From Burkholderiales bacterium (lineage in GTDB: Bacteria > Pseudomonadota > Gammaproteobacteria > Burkholderiales > Burkholderiaceae_C): a stretch of DNA of 64,000 nucleotides. The notes under the pieces were generated by a model that did no database searches, was not told the origin of the DNA, and was given only the letters and a program-made list of their open reading frames with translations. Made by a program: the position numbers and the translations under genes. Shown here piece by piece: positions 9,735 through 19,416 of this stretch (positions are counted from its first letter, which is position 1; each line of letters starts with the position of its first letter). The stretch spans positions 565-64,564 of the forward strand of contig JAYTRR010000210.1 in NCBI GenBank assembly GCA_043746005.1. Direction: 5' to 3'.

Positions 9735-11016
9735 ACCTGCCCTTCCCTACTGCGGGCTTGTGGATGCTGCTGGCGCTGGCGCTGCTGATCGACGCCAACG
9801 TGCTGAGCGCCATCAGTGGCCGCACCCTGGGCCTGCTGGAGCATGACCTGCTGCAGGCGCTGCCCCTGTATGTGTTTGTGGGCGTGCTGCTGCAGCGGCT
9901 CACCGTGGCGGATTCGCTGTTTTCATTGGCTGTTTCGGCGTACTGGCGCGGGCACGTCGGTAGCCGCGTCTGGGCCAGATGGACAGCGCCGCCGCCATCG
10001 CCTTGATCAGCGCATCCAGCACCATCGGCGTGGTGGTGCCGCCTTCCCTTGTATTGATTTTACTGGGCGATGCCATGCTGCGCGCCCACACCGAGGCCAG
10101 CAACCTGCCCGGCTACGTGCTGGGCGGCCAGCGCATCATCAACACGCAAGACGTGTTTCACGCCGCGCTGTTGCCCGCCGCGTGCGTGCTGGCGCTGTGG
10201 CTGCTGGTGTCCTGGTGGCAGGGCCGCAAAGTACCGTCGAAACAACCCGCGGCACCGGTTCGCGGAATGCAGTGGGTGGTATCCATCGCGGTCGCGGTGG
10301 TCACGCTGGCCTTGTTGGAGGGTATTTTTACGGGCAGAATTTTTGCAGTCGAAGCGGCAGCGACTGGTGCCATGGCCCTGGTTTGCGCCACCCTGGCGAC
10401 CCGCTCACTCAAGTGGTCCCAATGGCAAGCTGTATTGAGCGACACCTTGAGCCTGAGCGGTGCCTTGCTGGCCCTGCTGGTGGGTGCCAACACCTTCAGC
10501 CTGGTGTTTCGCCTGTGGGGCACGGATGTGTGAATCACCCAGGCCGTGCTGGCATCGCCCTGGTCGCCCCTGCTGACCGCCGCGCTGGTGCTGTTGCTGG
10601 TGGCGCTGTGCGTCTGGGTGCTGGATGCGTTTGAGATGATTTTTGTCGTCATTCCCATCGTGGCACCGCTGCTCGTGGTGCAACTAGGCGACGCGCAACA
10701 AGCTGCCGTGCTGCTGCTTTTAGTGCTGCAACTGAGCTTTTTGATTCCACCCATGGGCTACGCAGTGATGATGGCGCGATCCCACTCGGGGCTGGTCAAC
10801 CCGTCCATCTGGGCCACGCTATGGGGTTTACTGCTGTATATCGTGGTGCAGTGCGCAGTAACCGCATTTGTTTTTATGGCACCGTGGACCGTGCACCAGC
10901 TGGACGCAGTGAAAACGCAGGCGCCTCAGGAGGCGCCTGCGTCAAACGCGGAAGTTGAACAACTGATGCGCGACATGGCGGACCAAGCAAATACAGACGG
11001 CGGCAGAACACCCTGA
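9731..11016 (+). pseudogene. TRAP transporter large permease (DctM-like), disrupted
   Basis: DctM-like segments (LLQALPLYVFVG, TIGVVVPPSLVLILLGD, LDAFEMIFVVIPIVAP, SFLIPPMGY) split by frameshifts at ~9920-9970 and an in-frame TGA at 10531-10533. Confidence 0.8.
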
Positions 11017-11049
11017 AGCCCGCGTAGCCTGCGCTTGAAGGCACAAACT

Positions 11050-11523
11050 CTAGGGAGTCAGAAGCACTTGGATCGTGGCGACTTGTGCAAGATCGTAGGT
11101 GGATGTCGCGACAAGCGTGATGAAGAGTGGAGTGGCAAGCGGGTAGCCAATGCCCGTGTCAATCGCAACTCGTGAAGCGGTCAGTTCTGTCAGGGTGATG
11201 GCCACGCCGCCGTAGTAAACCGTAACCCCCGGTCCTGAAACGGTTGTGCCACCCACATTGAGGGACCACGTGACAGGTTCGTTTGCATTCAACTCAATAG
11301 ATTGTCCGGCTCGCATCGATACGCGTTGCAAGGGCCCGGGTGTAAAAATAACACCCGTCAGCGGCTGCCCCCCGACGGCAACGTGAATATCAAACGGTGG
11401 CGTATCGACATACAAGTCGCCTCCACCGCCTCCACCGCATCCACTCAGTGCCATTGCGGCCACGAGGACGGTCGCGCCAAGCATTACTTTGGTGAGGTGC
11501 TGCTTTCCAATGATTGGTTTCAT
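11050..11523 (-). CDS. Hypothetical lipoprotein
   Basis: Signal peptide with lipobox LSGC followed by a Gly6 linker and a beta-rich mature domain. Confidence 0.65.
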   Translation of the reverse strand: MKPIIGKQHLTKVMLGATVLVAAMALSGCGGGGGGDLYVDTPPFDIHVAVGGQPLTGVIFTPGPLQRVSMRAGQSIELNANEPVTWSLNVGGTTVSGPGVTVYYGGVAITLTELTASRVAIDTGIGYPLATPLFITLVATSTYDLAQVATIQVLLTP

Positions 11524-11619
11524 TCACCAACAACGCGCCGGATGCCCGGATGAGCCGACTTTCAATCGCAAAGAAATGTAAACAATTGTTGCTACCAATG
11601 CCGACGACCGCGCAAAGCC

Positions 11620-13857
11620 TCACCGTCGCCTTGCCGTCCTCACCCCATTAAGTTCCGCCACAATCCCCAGCACCTTGGCCAGGCGCCCGGAACTGCTCAC
11701 CTCCACGGTAAACGTCATCCACGCAATACCTCGAATGGACTGGGTTTGCACGCCAATGACATTCATTTTTTCTTTGGCGAACACTTCGGAGATATCGCGC
11801 AGCAGACCCTGGCGGTCGTTGGCTTCCACCGCCACATCCACCGGGTAAACGGAACCATCGCCACCCGTCTTGCCGCCCCACTCCACTTCAATCACCCGGT
11901 CGCCACTGCGGGTGACCATGTTGCGCAGATTGGAGCAGTCGGCCCGGTGCACGCTCACGCCCTTGCCACGGGTCACAAAACCGCAAATGGCATCGGGTGG
12001 TGCGGGTTTACAGCACTTGGCAAGTTGGGTCATGAGCGAATCCACACCCACCACCAGCACGCCGCCTTTGGATGAATGGCTGGGGGCCTTGGGCTTTTTG
12101 AGCAGCAAAAACTCGTCTTGCGGCAACACCGGCTCGGGTGGGCGCAGCACGATTTCGATGTTGCGCAGCGAGAACTCATCTTTGCCCACCACTTCAAACA
12201 GCTCTTCGGCTGAATTGAAGCCCAGTTGGGACGCCAGGTCTTCGAGTTTGATGGCCGTCTTGCCCTCGCGTTGCAACAGCTTTTCAACCGCCTCGCGACC
12301 CTTTGCCACGGTTTCTCCCATGGCCAGGGCATTGAACCAGGCGCGCACCTTGGCGCGGGCTCGCGGGCTCACCAAAAAACCCAACTCCGGGTTGAGCCAG
12401 TCACGCGAAGGACCGCCTTCTTTGGTCACGGTCACTTCAACCGTCTGGCCATTTTTGAGGGACGTATTGAGGGGCACCATGGCACCATCGACCCGCGCAC
12501 CCCGGCAACGGTGGCCCAGGTTGGTGTGCACGCTGTAGGCAAAATCAATTGCAGTGGCGCCCTGGGGCAACTCCACGATAGCCGCATCGGGCGTCAGTAC
12601 ATAAATACGGTCTTCAAAAAAACCGGGGGCCTTGCTGTCCATCCCGGCACCGGACAGATCGCGTTCCCATGCCAACAACTGGCGCAACACCGCAATCTTG
12701 GCGTCGTACTCGCCGCTGGCAGACACTCCGGCATAGCCCTTGACGCCCGCTTCCTTGTAGGCCCAGTGGGCGGCGACGCCTGTCTCTGCCAGGTCGTGCA
12801 TGGCCTGGGTGCGCACCTGCACTTCTATGGGCTGGCCAGATGCGTCCCGCACAACGGTGTGCAGCGACTGGTAACCATTGACCTTGGGGCGGGCAATGTA
12901 GTCGTCGAATTCATCCAGCACTGGCGAAAAATGGTTGTGCACCCAGCTTAATGCTGCGTAACAATCGGGAATCGTAGGCACCACAATCCGCAGCGCGCGG
13001 ATGTCGTACACCTGATCAAAACCCAGCGACTTGCCCCGCATCTTTTTCACAATGCTGTAGATATGCTTGGGGCGCCCCTGCACCGTAGCGCGAATACCCT
13101 GACTGGCCAGGTCGGCAGCCAGCTGGAGACGCAGCTGCTCTATATGCGCTTCCCGTTCCGTGCGCTTTTCATCCAGTAATCGCGCTACTTCGCGGTAGGT
13201 TTCAGGTTCCAGAAAACGGAAGGAAAGGTCTTCCATTTCCCACTTGAGCTCCCAGATGCCAAGACGATTAGCCAAGGGTGCGAACACTTGCAGCGACTCA
13301 TTGGCCAGGCCGGGTGGAACCGGCAGTTTTGTGGCAGCGAAATGGCGCAGGGTTTGCAGCCTGGAGGCCAGACGCAGCATCACGACGCGCAAATCACGCG
13401 AGAACGCCAACAGCATCTTGCGCACGCTTTCCGTCTGCGCCGCCGCAGTCTGGGCCATGGGAATGGGCGTTCCGGAATGACTGGCAGAAATCTGGGCCAA
13501 CCGGGCCATGCGCTGCACCCGCACCAGCTTGGTGGTCTCCATTGCCAGGTCCGCGAAATTTTCGCCAAATGCCTTGGCGATCACCTCATGCGGCTTGTTC
13601 AGATGGTCGCAGGCATACACCAGGTAGCTGGCCGCCTGCATGGTCTGCGATCCGCCGATCGACTTGAGAATAGCGGCCACCGCATCGGCATGGGCCAGGA
13701 TGTTCTCGCCGGTGTCCAGCGTTTCACTGGCGAGCAGTGGCTCAGCAAAGGCGCGCGCGCGCGCCAGCGCATCTGCCTGTTCAGGCTGGCTTTGGGTCGT
13801 GGCGGCAATCACGGACGGAGGCACCACCGCGGGCGTGTCTGGGGACGAGCTTTTCAT
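11620..13857 (-). CDS. relA: (p)ppGpp synthetase, RelA-type (degenerate HD domain)
   Basis: APLANRLGI, GRPKHIYSI..KM, GYQSLHT, EVQVRT, TGS (DFAYSVHT) and ACT (DRQGLLRDI) domains; no HD motif. Confidence 0.9.
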   Translation of the reverse strand: MKSSSPDTPAVVPPSVIAATTQSQPEQADALARARAFAEPLLASETLDTGENILAHADAVAAILKSIGGSQTMQAASYLVYACDHLNKPHEVIAKAFGENFADLAMETTKLVRVQRMARLAQISASHSGTPIPMAQTAAAQTESVRKMLLAFSRDLRVVMLRLASRLQTLRHFAATKLPVPPGLANESLQVFAPLANRLGIWELKWEMEDLSFRFLEPETYREVARLLDEKRTEREAHIEQLRLQLAADLASQGIRATVQGRPKHIYSIVKKMRGKSLGFDQVYDIRALRIVVPTIPDCYAALSWVHNHFSPVLDEFDDYIARPKVNGYQSLHTVVRDASGQPIEVQVRTQAMHDLAETGVAAHWAYKEAGVKGYAGVSASGEYDAKIAVLRQLLAWERDLSGAGMDSKAPGFFEDRIYVLTPDAAIVELPQGATAIDFAYSVHTNLGHRCRGARVDGAMVPLNTSLKNGQTVEVTVTKEGGPSRDWLNPELGFLVSPRARAKVRAWFNALAMGETVAKGREAVEKLLQREGKTAIKLEDLASQLGFNSAEELFEVVGKDEFSLRNIEIVLRPPEPVLPQDEFLLLKKPKAPSHSSKGGVLVVGVDSLMTQLAKCCKPAPPDAICGFVTRGKGVSVHRADCSNLRNMVTRSGDRVIEVEWGGKTGGDGSVYPVDVAVEANDRQGLLRDISEVFAKEKMNVIGVQTQSIRGIAWMTFTVEVSSSGRLAKVLGIVAELNGVRTARRR

Positions 13858-13878
13858 GTGGGCGTTGGTTGTTGGGGC

Positions 13879-14775
13879 TCAGTCCAGCAGAAAAGCAGTT
13901 ACGGTCTGCGCCTGGTCTGCCGCAACCAAGGTGGGCGCATGGCCCACACCTGCAAACTCCACCAACCGGGCTTTGGGGCCGCGCTCGACCATTTGGCGGG
14001 CTGTGCCAACAGAGAGTAAATCCGACTCTGCGCCCCGAAACAACAGGGTTTGAGCCTGAATGCCGCCATACAGATGCCACAGCATGGCCTCGCCTTGTGC
14101 GGCCGATTCCTGTGTCATGGCACCAAACGGCACCGCAATGGCAGGGTCGTAATGCAGAGTCACCGCGCCCGGAGTACCCGCTACCGGCTTGACCATATGC
14201 CGGGATAACTCCAGCCATTGCGCCGGGGTGTGTGGGCCAAAGGTGGTGGACACCGCCCACATGGCGTCAGCCGCCTGCTGCAGCGATTCGAACTGCACAG
14301 ACCGTCCCAGGTAGGTACCAATGCGCACAATCGCTTCCCACTGAATGGCTGGACCCACGTCGTTGAGCACCAAGCGGCGCACCGGCACGGGAAGCGGCAA
14401 CCCTGGCTGGCCACAAACAGCCATGCCAATGAGCCCGCCCATGCTGGTGCCAACCCAGTCCAGCGTTTGTGGCTTCAAATGCGCCAGCAGTGCCAGCATG
14501 TCCGCAGCATAGGTTGGCAATTGGTAGCCCTGCGGGTCAATTAGCCAATCGCTCTGGCCACGGCCCGCCATGTCGGGGCAGATCACCCGGATGGCGCCAC
14601 CCGCCTTTTCCACCAGTGCCTGAGCCAGCACATCGAAATCCCGGCCCTGGCGGGAAAGGCCGTGCACACACACCACTACATGCGCAGCATTGACGTCCCC
14701 CCACTGCCAATACGCCAAGCGGTGGCCTGCACCGTTGTCAGGGCACGATAGGTAGTTCAGCGTAGGTTCAGCCAT
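13879..14775 (-). CDS. Alpha/beta hydrolase
   Basis: CVHGL, GTSMGG nucleophile elbow, GVGHAP. Confidence 0.85.
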   Translation of the reverse strand: MAEPTLNYLSCPDNGAGHRLAYWQWGDVNAAHVVVCVHGLSRQGRDFDVLAQALVEKAGGAIRVICPDMAGRGQSDWLIDPQGYQLPTYAADMLALLAHLKPQTLDWVGTSMGGLIGMAVCGQPGLPLPVPVRRLVLNDVGPAIQWEAIVRIGTYLGRSVQFESLQQAADAMWAVSTTFGPHTPAQWLELSRHMVKPVAGTPGAVTLHYDPAIAVPFGAMTQESAAQGEAMLWHLYGGIQAQTLLFRGAESDLLSVGTARQMVERGPKARLVEFAGVGHAPTLVAADQAQTVTAFLLD

Positions 14776-14845
14776 GGTGCAATGTCGGTTTGATAATACG
14801 TCACCATCCTAATTGAATCCCCAACCCTTTTTTGAAAGCGACACC

Positions 14846-15616
14846 ATGCTCAAAGGTAAAACTGCACTCGTGACCGGATCCACCAGCGGCATTGGATTGG
14901 GGATTGCCAAAGCCCTTGCCGCGCAGGGGGCTAACATTGTTCTGAATGGCTTTGGCGATGTGGAGGGCCCCAAGGCGGAAATCGCAGCTTTGGGCGTGCA
15001 GGTGACTTATCACGGCGCTGACATGAGCAAACCGTCAGAAATCGAAGCCATGCTGAAACACGCAGAGCAGACGTTCGGCGCAGTTGATATTCTGGTGAAC
15101 AACGCGGGTATCCAGCATGTGGCCCGCATCGAAAACTTTCCCATTGAGCGCTGGGACGCCATCATTGCCATCAACATGAGCAGTGCCTTCCATGCCACGC
15201 GTTTGGCATTGCCCGCCATGCAAGCAAAAAACTGGGGCCGCATCATCAATGTGGCGTCCATCCATGGTTTGGTCGGTTCTGCTGAGAAGTCGGCCTATGT
15301 GGCGGCCAAGCACGGTGTGGTGGGTCTGACCAAGGTCACTGCCCTGGAAAACGCCACCACGGGCGTAACCTGTAATGCCATCTGCCCCGGCTGGGTGCTG
15401 ACGCCACTGGTACAAAAACAAGTGGATGCCAAGGCTGCTGCGCAAGGCATTTCCAACGCGGATGCCACCAAACAGCTGCTCGGAGAAAAAGAGCCTTCCA
15501 TGCAGTTCACGACCCCCGAAGAACTGGGTGCCCTGGCCGTGTTCTTCTGCTCACCCGCCGGCAACAACGTGCGCGGTGTAGCCTGGAACATGGACGGCGG
15601 CTGGACCGCGCAGTGA
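14846..15616 (+). CDS. bdhA: 3-hydroxybutyrate dehydrogenase
   Basis: TGSTSGIGLG, NNAGIQH, KSAYVAAKHG, ICPGWVLTPLV. Confidence 0.9.
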   Translation: MLKGKTALVTGSTSGIGLGIAKALAAQGANIVLNGFGDVEGPKAEIAALGVQVTYHGADMSKPSEIEAMLKHAEQTFGAVDILVNNAGIQHVARIENFPIERWDAIIAINMSSAFHATRLALPAMQAKNWGRIINVASIHGLVGSAEKSAYVAAKHGVVGLTKVTALENATTGVTCNAICPGWVLTPLVQKQVDAKAAAQGISNADATKQLLGEKEPSMQFTTPEELGALAVFFCSPAGNNVRGVAWNMDGGWTAQ

Positions 15617-15622
15617 GTTGCT

Positions 15623-18079
15623 TTAACTGGACTGCTTGAACGCCATCACCGCCTGGTTGCGCAGGGTGCGCAGCAAGGCGAGTTCTTTTTCGTCCAGTTC
15701 CAACGAACCGTGCTCAATCTTGTCGGCATAAATCAGGCCGAACGGTGCGCCCTTGATCTGCAAAGGCAACAACAAAAAAGTGGGGGCATTCAGGGACTTG
15801 CGGTACCACTCAGGCAGGCGCTGAACAATGCGCGCCTCGGTGGCGTCACTGATCATGGTGTCAGCGCCCTTGAGGCACACTACACCAAAAAGATCCGGCG
15901 TTGCTGCCTTGAGCGGGATTTTGAAGCTCTTCACGAAATTTTCCACGCCATTGCCCAAACCAAACCGGCCGGTGACCATCTCGGTTTTTGCGTCACGCAT
16001 GCAAAAAATAATGCGGTCAAACGCCATGGCACGGTACATGGTCTCCAGAATCATGCGCAGTACGTCGCTGAGCTTGAAGTCCTCGACCATGGCGTTGGTG
16101 ATGTCCTGAATACCGGCCGATAGCGTGTCTGCCACACGGTTGTTTTTGCGCGGGGGTTCGACGTCACCGTCCATTGGGGTAACCTGAGTTGCCTGCAGTT
16201 CAAAGCGTCCCAGGTTGCCATCGGTATCGGGGCTCAGGGTTGCAGGCTGACTGGTCGACTCGGCTGGTGCCTTCAGCAGTTTTGCAGCTGCAGAACCTGG
16301 CGCCACTCGGAGCTCCATAACACCGGCAAGGTCAATCAGTTTTTGTCGCGCCTTCGCGGTTGCGGCCTGTGCATCCTTGAGGCTAACCCCCATTGACGCT
16401 GCATATTTCCGGGCCACCAGCGCAATTCGGGCATCAACCTCTTTGGGGTCACTTTGGAGCAACACATCGGCGATTTCATTGGATGCCAATGCGATCCATC
16501 GAATGCGCTCCCCCGCATCAGCGGGGGCACTACCAGGTGGCCTGCCAACCGGCTTGCGCATGCAGTGCTGAATGCCCTGTGGCAACCCCCAGGCTTTGGC
16601 AATGCCCAAACCCAGGTCTTCAAAGCTCAACCCCAGCACACGCGTTGATGCAACCGCCTCTATTAGCGGCTCGCGCTGGGACTGCACCAAGCCTCGCACC
16701 TGGGTAGCCTCCTCGGGAAAATAAAACTGAACCAGCAACCGCCCCAGATTCTGGAACATGGAGCCAATGAAAGCCTCTTCACTTTCACGCAACACCGGGC
16801 ACAACTCACCGGCAATGGAGCCCGCCATAAGCGACCGCAAAAACTCTTCCTTGAGCTGCGCCGCATGGGCTTTGTCCTGCATGTGCTCCAGCAGCACCAG
16901 GCTCAGGGCCATGTTGCGTATACCATTGAAACCGACGAGACTGACGGCCCTCGACACCGTGCTGATATTGCCGCCGCGCGCATAGTGGGCGCTGTTGACC
17001 AGTCGCAAGAGTTTGTTGGTCAGCGCAACGTCTTTCAATATTTCATTGGTAACGCTGTTGACGCTCTCGGTTTCCGATGTGGCCATGCTCTGGATGCGAA
17101 CAACCGAGTCGGACAAGGCCGGGAAGTCACTTTTGTGCCGCATGCGACGCAGCAGGAATTCGAGCGTGCTGTTGGCGCCCGCGGAACTGTCCGCGCTTGC
17201 CTCAACGGGCTTGGCCCACTGCTCCAGTTCGCTCTGGAACGCTCGCGCACTGGAAAACCGCTGTTTGGGGTCACGCGCCAGTGCGCGCATGACGATGGCG
17301 CGCAATCGGTCGTCGACCTCGGCATTCAAATTGGCCGGCAACATCAGCTGTTCATGCACTACCCGGTAAATAGCCCGGTAGGGGTCGCGCTCCTCAATCA
17401 GGCGCTTGCCCATAATCAGCTCGGCCAAGACCACGCCCGCAGAAAAAATATCCATGGATGCCGCAGGTGCCGCTCCATTGGCGGCCTCCGGGGACAAATA
17501 CCCCACCGTGCCACCACTGGCGGCTACGGGATCGCTGTCATTGCGGTCCTTGATGCGGGCGGCAATGCCAAAGTCCATTACACGGGCGCGTCCGGCAGCA
17601 TCCACCAGCACATTGGAGGGCTTCAGATCACGATGTACCACACCGGCGGCATGGGCCACGGCCACCGCGTCGAGCACATCCATCATCAGCGCCACCGCTT
17701 CGGGTGGAGGCAAGGCGCCGCGTTCCTGAACCAGCTGATCCAGCGTTTTACCGGCAACATACTCAAACACCAGGTAAGGCTGGTTCCCCTGAATATCGGC
17801 TTCGTACACTGGCACGATATTCGGATGCGTGACACGTCCCACGCTACGCGCCTCCTGCAGCCAGGCCGACACAGCCTGGTCGTCCGATCCGTCGCCAGGG
17901 CGCATGACCTTGATGGCCACTTCGCGCTCCATGCGTGGATCAAACGCCAACCACACCGTCGACTGGGCCCCTTGCCCCAGGACCTTGCGCAATTCGAACC
18001 GTCCCAGTGTGTCGGACGGCCGCAACGCGCCGGTCGCTAGCGAAGGACGGCTGTTTGAGAATGAAGAAGTTTCTGACAT
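15623..18079 (-). CDS. Hanks-type Ser/Thr kinase - HDOD - GAF-like fusion protein
   Basis: LGQGAQSTV, VAIK, HRDLKPSN, DFG, GTVGYLSPE; HDOD (DFPAL...ILKDVALTNKLLRLVNSA); C-terminal LLLPL...GLIYAD. Confidence 0.85.
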   Translation of the reverse strand: MSETSSFSNSRPSLATGALRPSDTLGRFELRKVLGQGAQSTVWLAFDPRMEREVAIKVMRPGDGSDDQAVSAWLQEARSVGRVTHPNIVPVYEADIQGNQPYLVFEYVAGKTLDQLVQERGALPPPEAVALMMDVLDAVAVAHAAGVVHRDLKPSNVLVDAAGRARVMDFGIAARIKDRNDSDPVAASGGTVGYLSPEAANGAAPAASMDIFSAGVVLAELIMGKRLIEERDPYRAIYRVVHEQLMLPANLNAEVDDRLRAIVMRALARDPKQRFSSARAFQSELEQWAKPVEASADSSAGANSTLEFLLRRMRHKSDFPALSDSVVRIQSMATSETESVNSVTNEILKDVALTNKLLRLVNSAHYARGGNISTVSRAVSLVGFNGIRNMALSLVLLEHMQDKAHAAQLKEEFLRSLMAGSIAGELCPVLRESEEAFIGSMFQNLGRLLVQFYFPEEATQVRGLVQSQREPLIEAVASTRVLGLSFEDLGLGIAKAWGLPQGIQHCMRKPVGRPPGSAPADAGERIRWIALASNEIADVLLQSDPKEVDARIALVARKYAASMGVSLKDAQAATAKARQKLIDLAGVMELRVAPGSAAAKLLKAPAESTSQPATLSPDTDGNLGRFELQATQVTPMDGDVEPPRKNNRVADTLSAGIQDITNAMVEDFKLSDVLRMILETMYRAMAFDRIIFCMRDAKTEMVTGRFGLGNGVENFVKSFKIPLKAATPDLFGVVCLKGADTMISDATEARIVQRLPEWYRKSLNAPTFLLLPLQIKGAPFGLIYADKIEHGSLELDEKELALLRTLRNQAVMAFKQSS

Positions 18080-18198
18080 GCTTTGGAGAAATAAGGGAAA
18101 CGCACGTTTTTTATACCGGCGTCAGTATGACACCGACCGGCTTCACCCCGAACGATGCAATTTCCGCAATTTTCGCTTGTGCAACCGACCCCAGGCGA

Positions 18199-18906
18199 CT
18201 ATTTGAGCTGGACGGACCCTGTCGCGTTCACCACAACCGACGACTTGCCGGCCTCCATTGGGACGGGCGCATCCGAAGCCATAGCCTTCATCTCCATGGA
18301 GACGGCACGCGGACGTGGTCCAAAGTTCTGATCGTTGGCATTTACGGAAACTTCACGCAGAGTGTAAGAACCAAACCCAAAGCCCTGTGCGATGTCCGCA
18401 GCCTTGGCCTTGAAGCGATCAATGGCCATGGTCTGGGCCTCGGTTTCCACCTTGTTGCGCAACTCACGACTGAGGCTGAACGCACCATTGCTGATGGTGA
18501 GGGTTTGTATCTTGCCCGCGGTGGCGCCAATGCGCACAAAATCCCGCCCCTCCAGAACAAGCTCGGTAGTGCCCTGCCAGCCCGAAATCTTGCCGTCACG
18601 CCCGTAGCGCGGCTGCAAACCGAATGCGCCGGTCCGCACATCCATGGCACCTGCCTGGGCCGTCTTTTTGGCCTCGGTAAGCGCTGACTCCAGGGCCAGC
18701 CGGAGTTGCGTCTGCACCACTGCAGGGTCCGTACCCTCTCTGGTGCTGCCCAACGTTACGGTCAACAGATCCTGCTGGACTTCCACCACCCCACTGGCGG
18801 CAAGCTGGACGACGTTACGCAGCTCAACCGCTGATGACTGCGCAAAAGCACCCATAGCTCCCGTCAACATTGCGCAGACAGCTATGTATTTGATAGCGAA
18901 TTTCAA
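18199..18906 (-). CDS. SIMPL/DUF541 periplasmic protein
   Basis: Probable TTG start with AAGG upstream; signal peptide MKFAIKYIAVCAMLTGAMGAFA; FSLSRE...AIDRFKAKA...YTLREVSV. Confidence 0.85.
   Translation of the reverse strand: MKFAIKYIAVCAMLTGAMGAFAQSSAVELRNVVQLAASGVVEVQQDLLTVTLGSTREGTDPAVVQTQLRLALESALTEAKKTAQAGAMDVRTGAFGLQPRYGRDGKISGWQGTTELVLEGRDFVRIGATAGKIQTLTISNGAFSLSRELRNKVETEAQTMAIDRFKAKAADIAQGFGFGSYTLREVSVNANDQNFGPRPRAVSMEMKAMASDAPVPMEAGKSSVVVNATGSVQLK
18844..18898 (+). repeat. 55-bp dispersed element, copy 3 (antisense; encodes SIMPL signal peptide)
   Basis: aaaagcacccatagctcccgtcaacattgcgcagacagctatgtatttgatagcg. Confidence 0.85.
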
Positions 18907-18955
18907 AATGGACCTTATGAAGAAAACAATGGCTAACAAGCCCTGACCGGATTGA

Positions 18956-19255
18956 CTAGCCAGGTGAGTCGCGGCGTTGCTGCCGTAATTGCTCCCGCAA
19001 CTCGGCGCGCTCCTGCGGGTTGAGCTGTCGCACGACTTTGGATGGTGCGGGTGCTGGCGCAGGCGTGAACCCATCGCGCTGCGCCTGCAGGGCCTGCCGC
19101 AAAGCCGCTCTGCGAATCTGCGCGTCTGCGTCGGCTGGCTGCATGGAAACGGTGGCTCTGTCCCTCTCGGCGTCACGGTTGCCCATGCCCGGCTGCGCGA
19201 AGGCAGAAAGCACCCACACCCCGACAGAGAAACCAACCGCAATATGTTTGAACAT
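18956..19255 (-). CDS. Small secreted hypothetical protein divergent from ompR
   Basis: Signal peptide ending SAFAQ; RRAALRQAL and QLNPQERAELREQLRQQ helices. Confidence 0.6.
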   Translation of the reverse strand: MFKHIAVGFSVGVWVLSAFAQPGMGNRDAERDRATVSMQPADADAQIRRAALRQALQAQRDGFTPAPAPAPSKVVRQLNPQERAELREQLRQQRRDSPG

Positions 19256-19324
19256 GGCATTTAAACGGGTCGAATGGTGACCCAGTGGACATTGTTGGCC
19301 TGTCGGCGCGGAATGTGGTGTCCA

Positions 19325-19406
19325 TATTTGTAACATTATGTCAAATGGCTCTATTCAGTTAGACACTGCGTCCAGAAGCCGCGCAAAATAAAGCTTGTTA
19401 CATATT
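19325..19406. promoter_or_regulatory. Possible OmpR-type binding sites upstream of ompR
   Basis: TGTAAC (19329-19334) and GTTACATATT (19397-19406) in opposite orientations; the latter resembles OmpR-site half sequences. Confidence 0.35.
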
Positions 19407-19416
19407 CAATACTCCC

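Noticed and set aside
10531-10533. In-frame TGA in dctM (and in hcp at 44967) as selenocysteine or readthrough
   Set aside because: Both sit where Trp (TGG) is plausible and both genes carry other lesions; simple nonsense mutations are more likely.
11010-11056. Possible further degenerate 55-bp element (agcccgcgt...tgcgc...tagg)
   Set aside because: Spacers are shorter than in all true copies and the AGCTA core is absent.
16865-18040. Long antisense ORFs (also 4860-5789, 27623-28798, 36743-37753, 53510-54433, 58386-59792)
   Set aside because: Shadow frames opposite well-supported genes in GC-rich DNA; no recognisable motifs.
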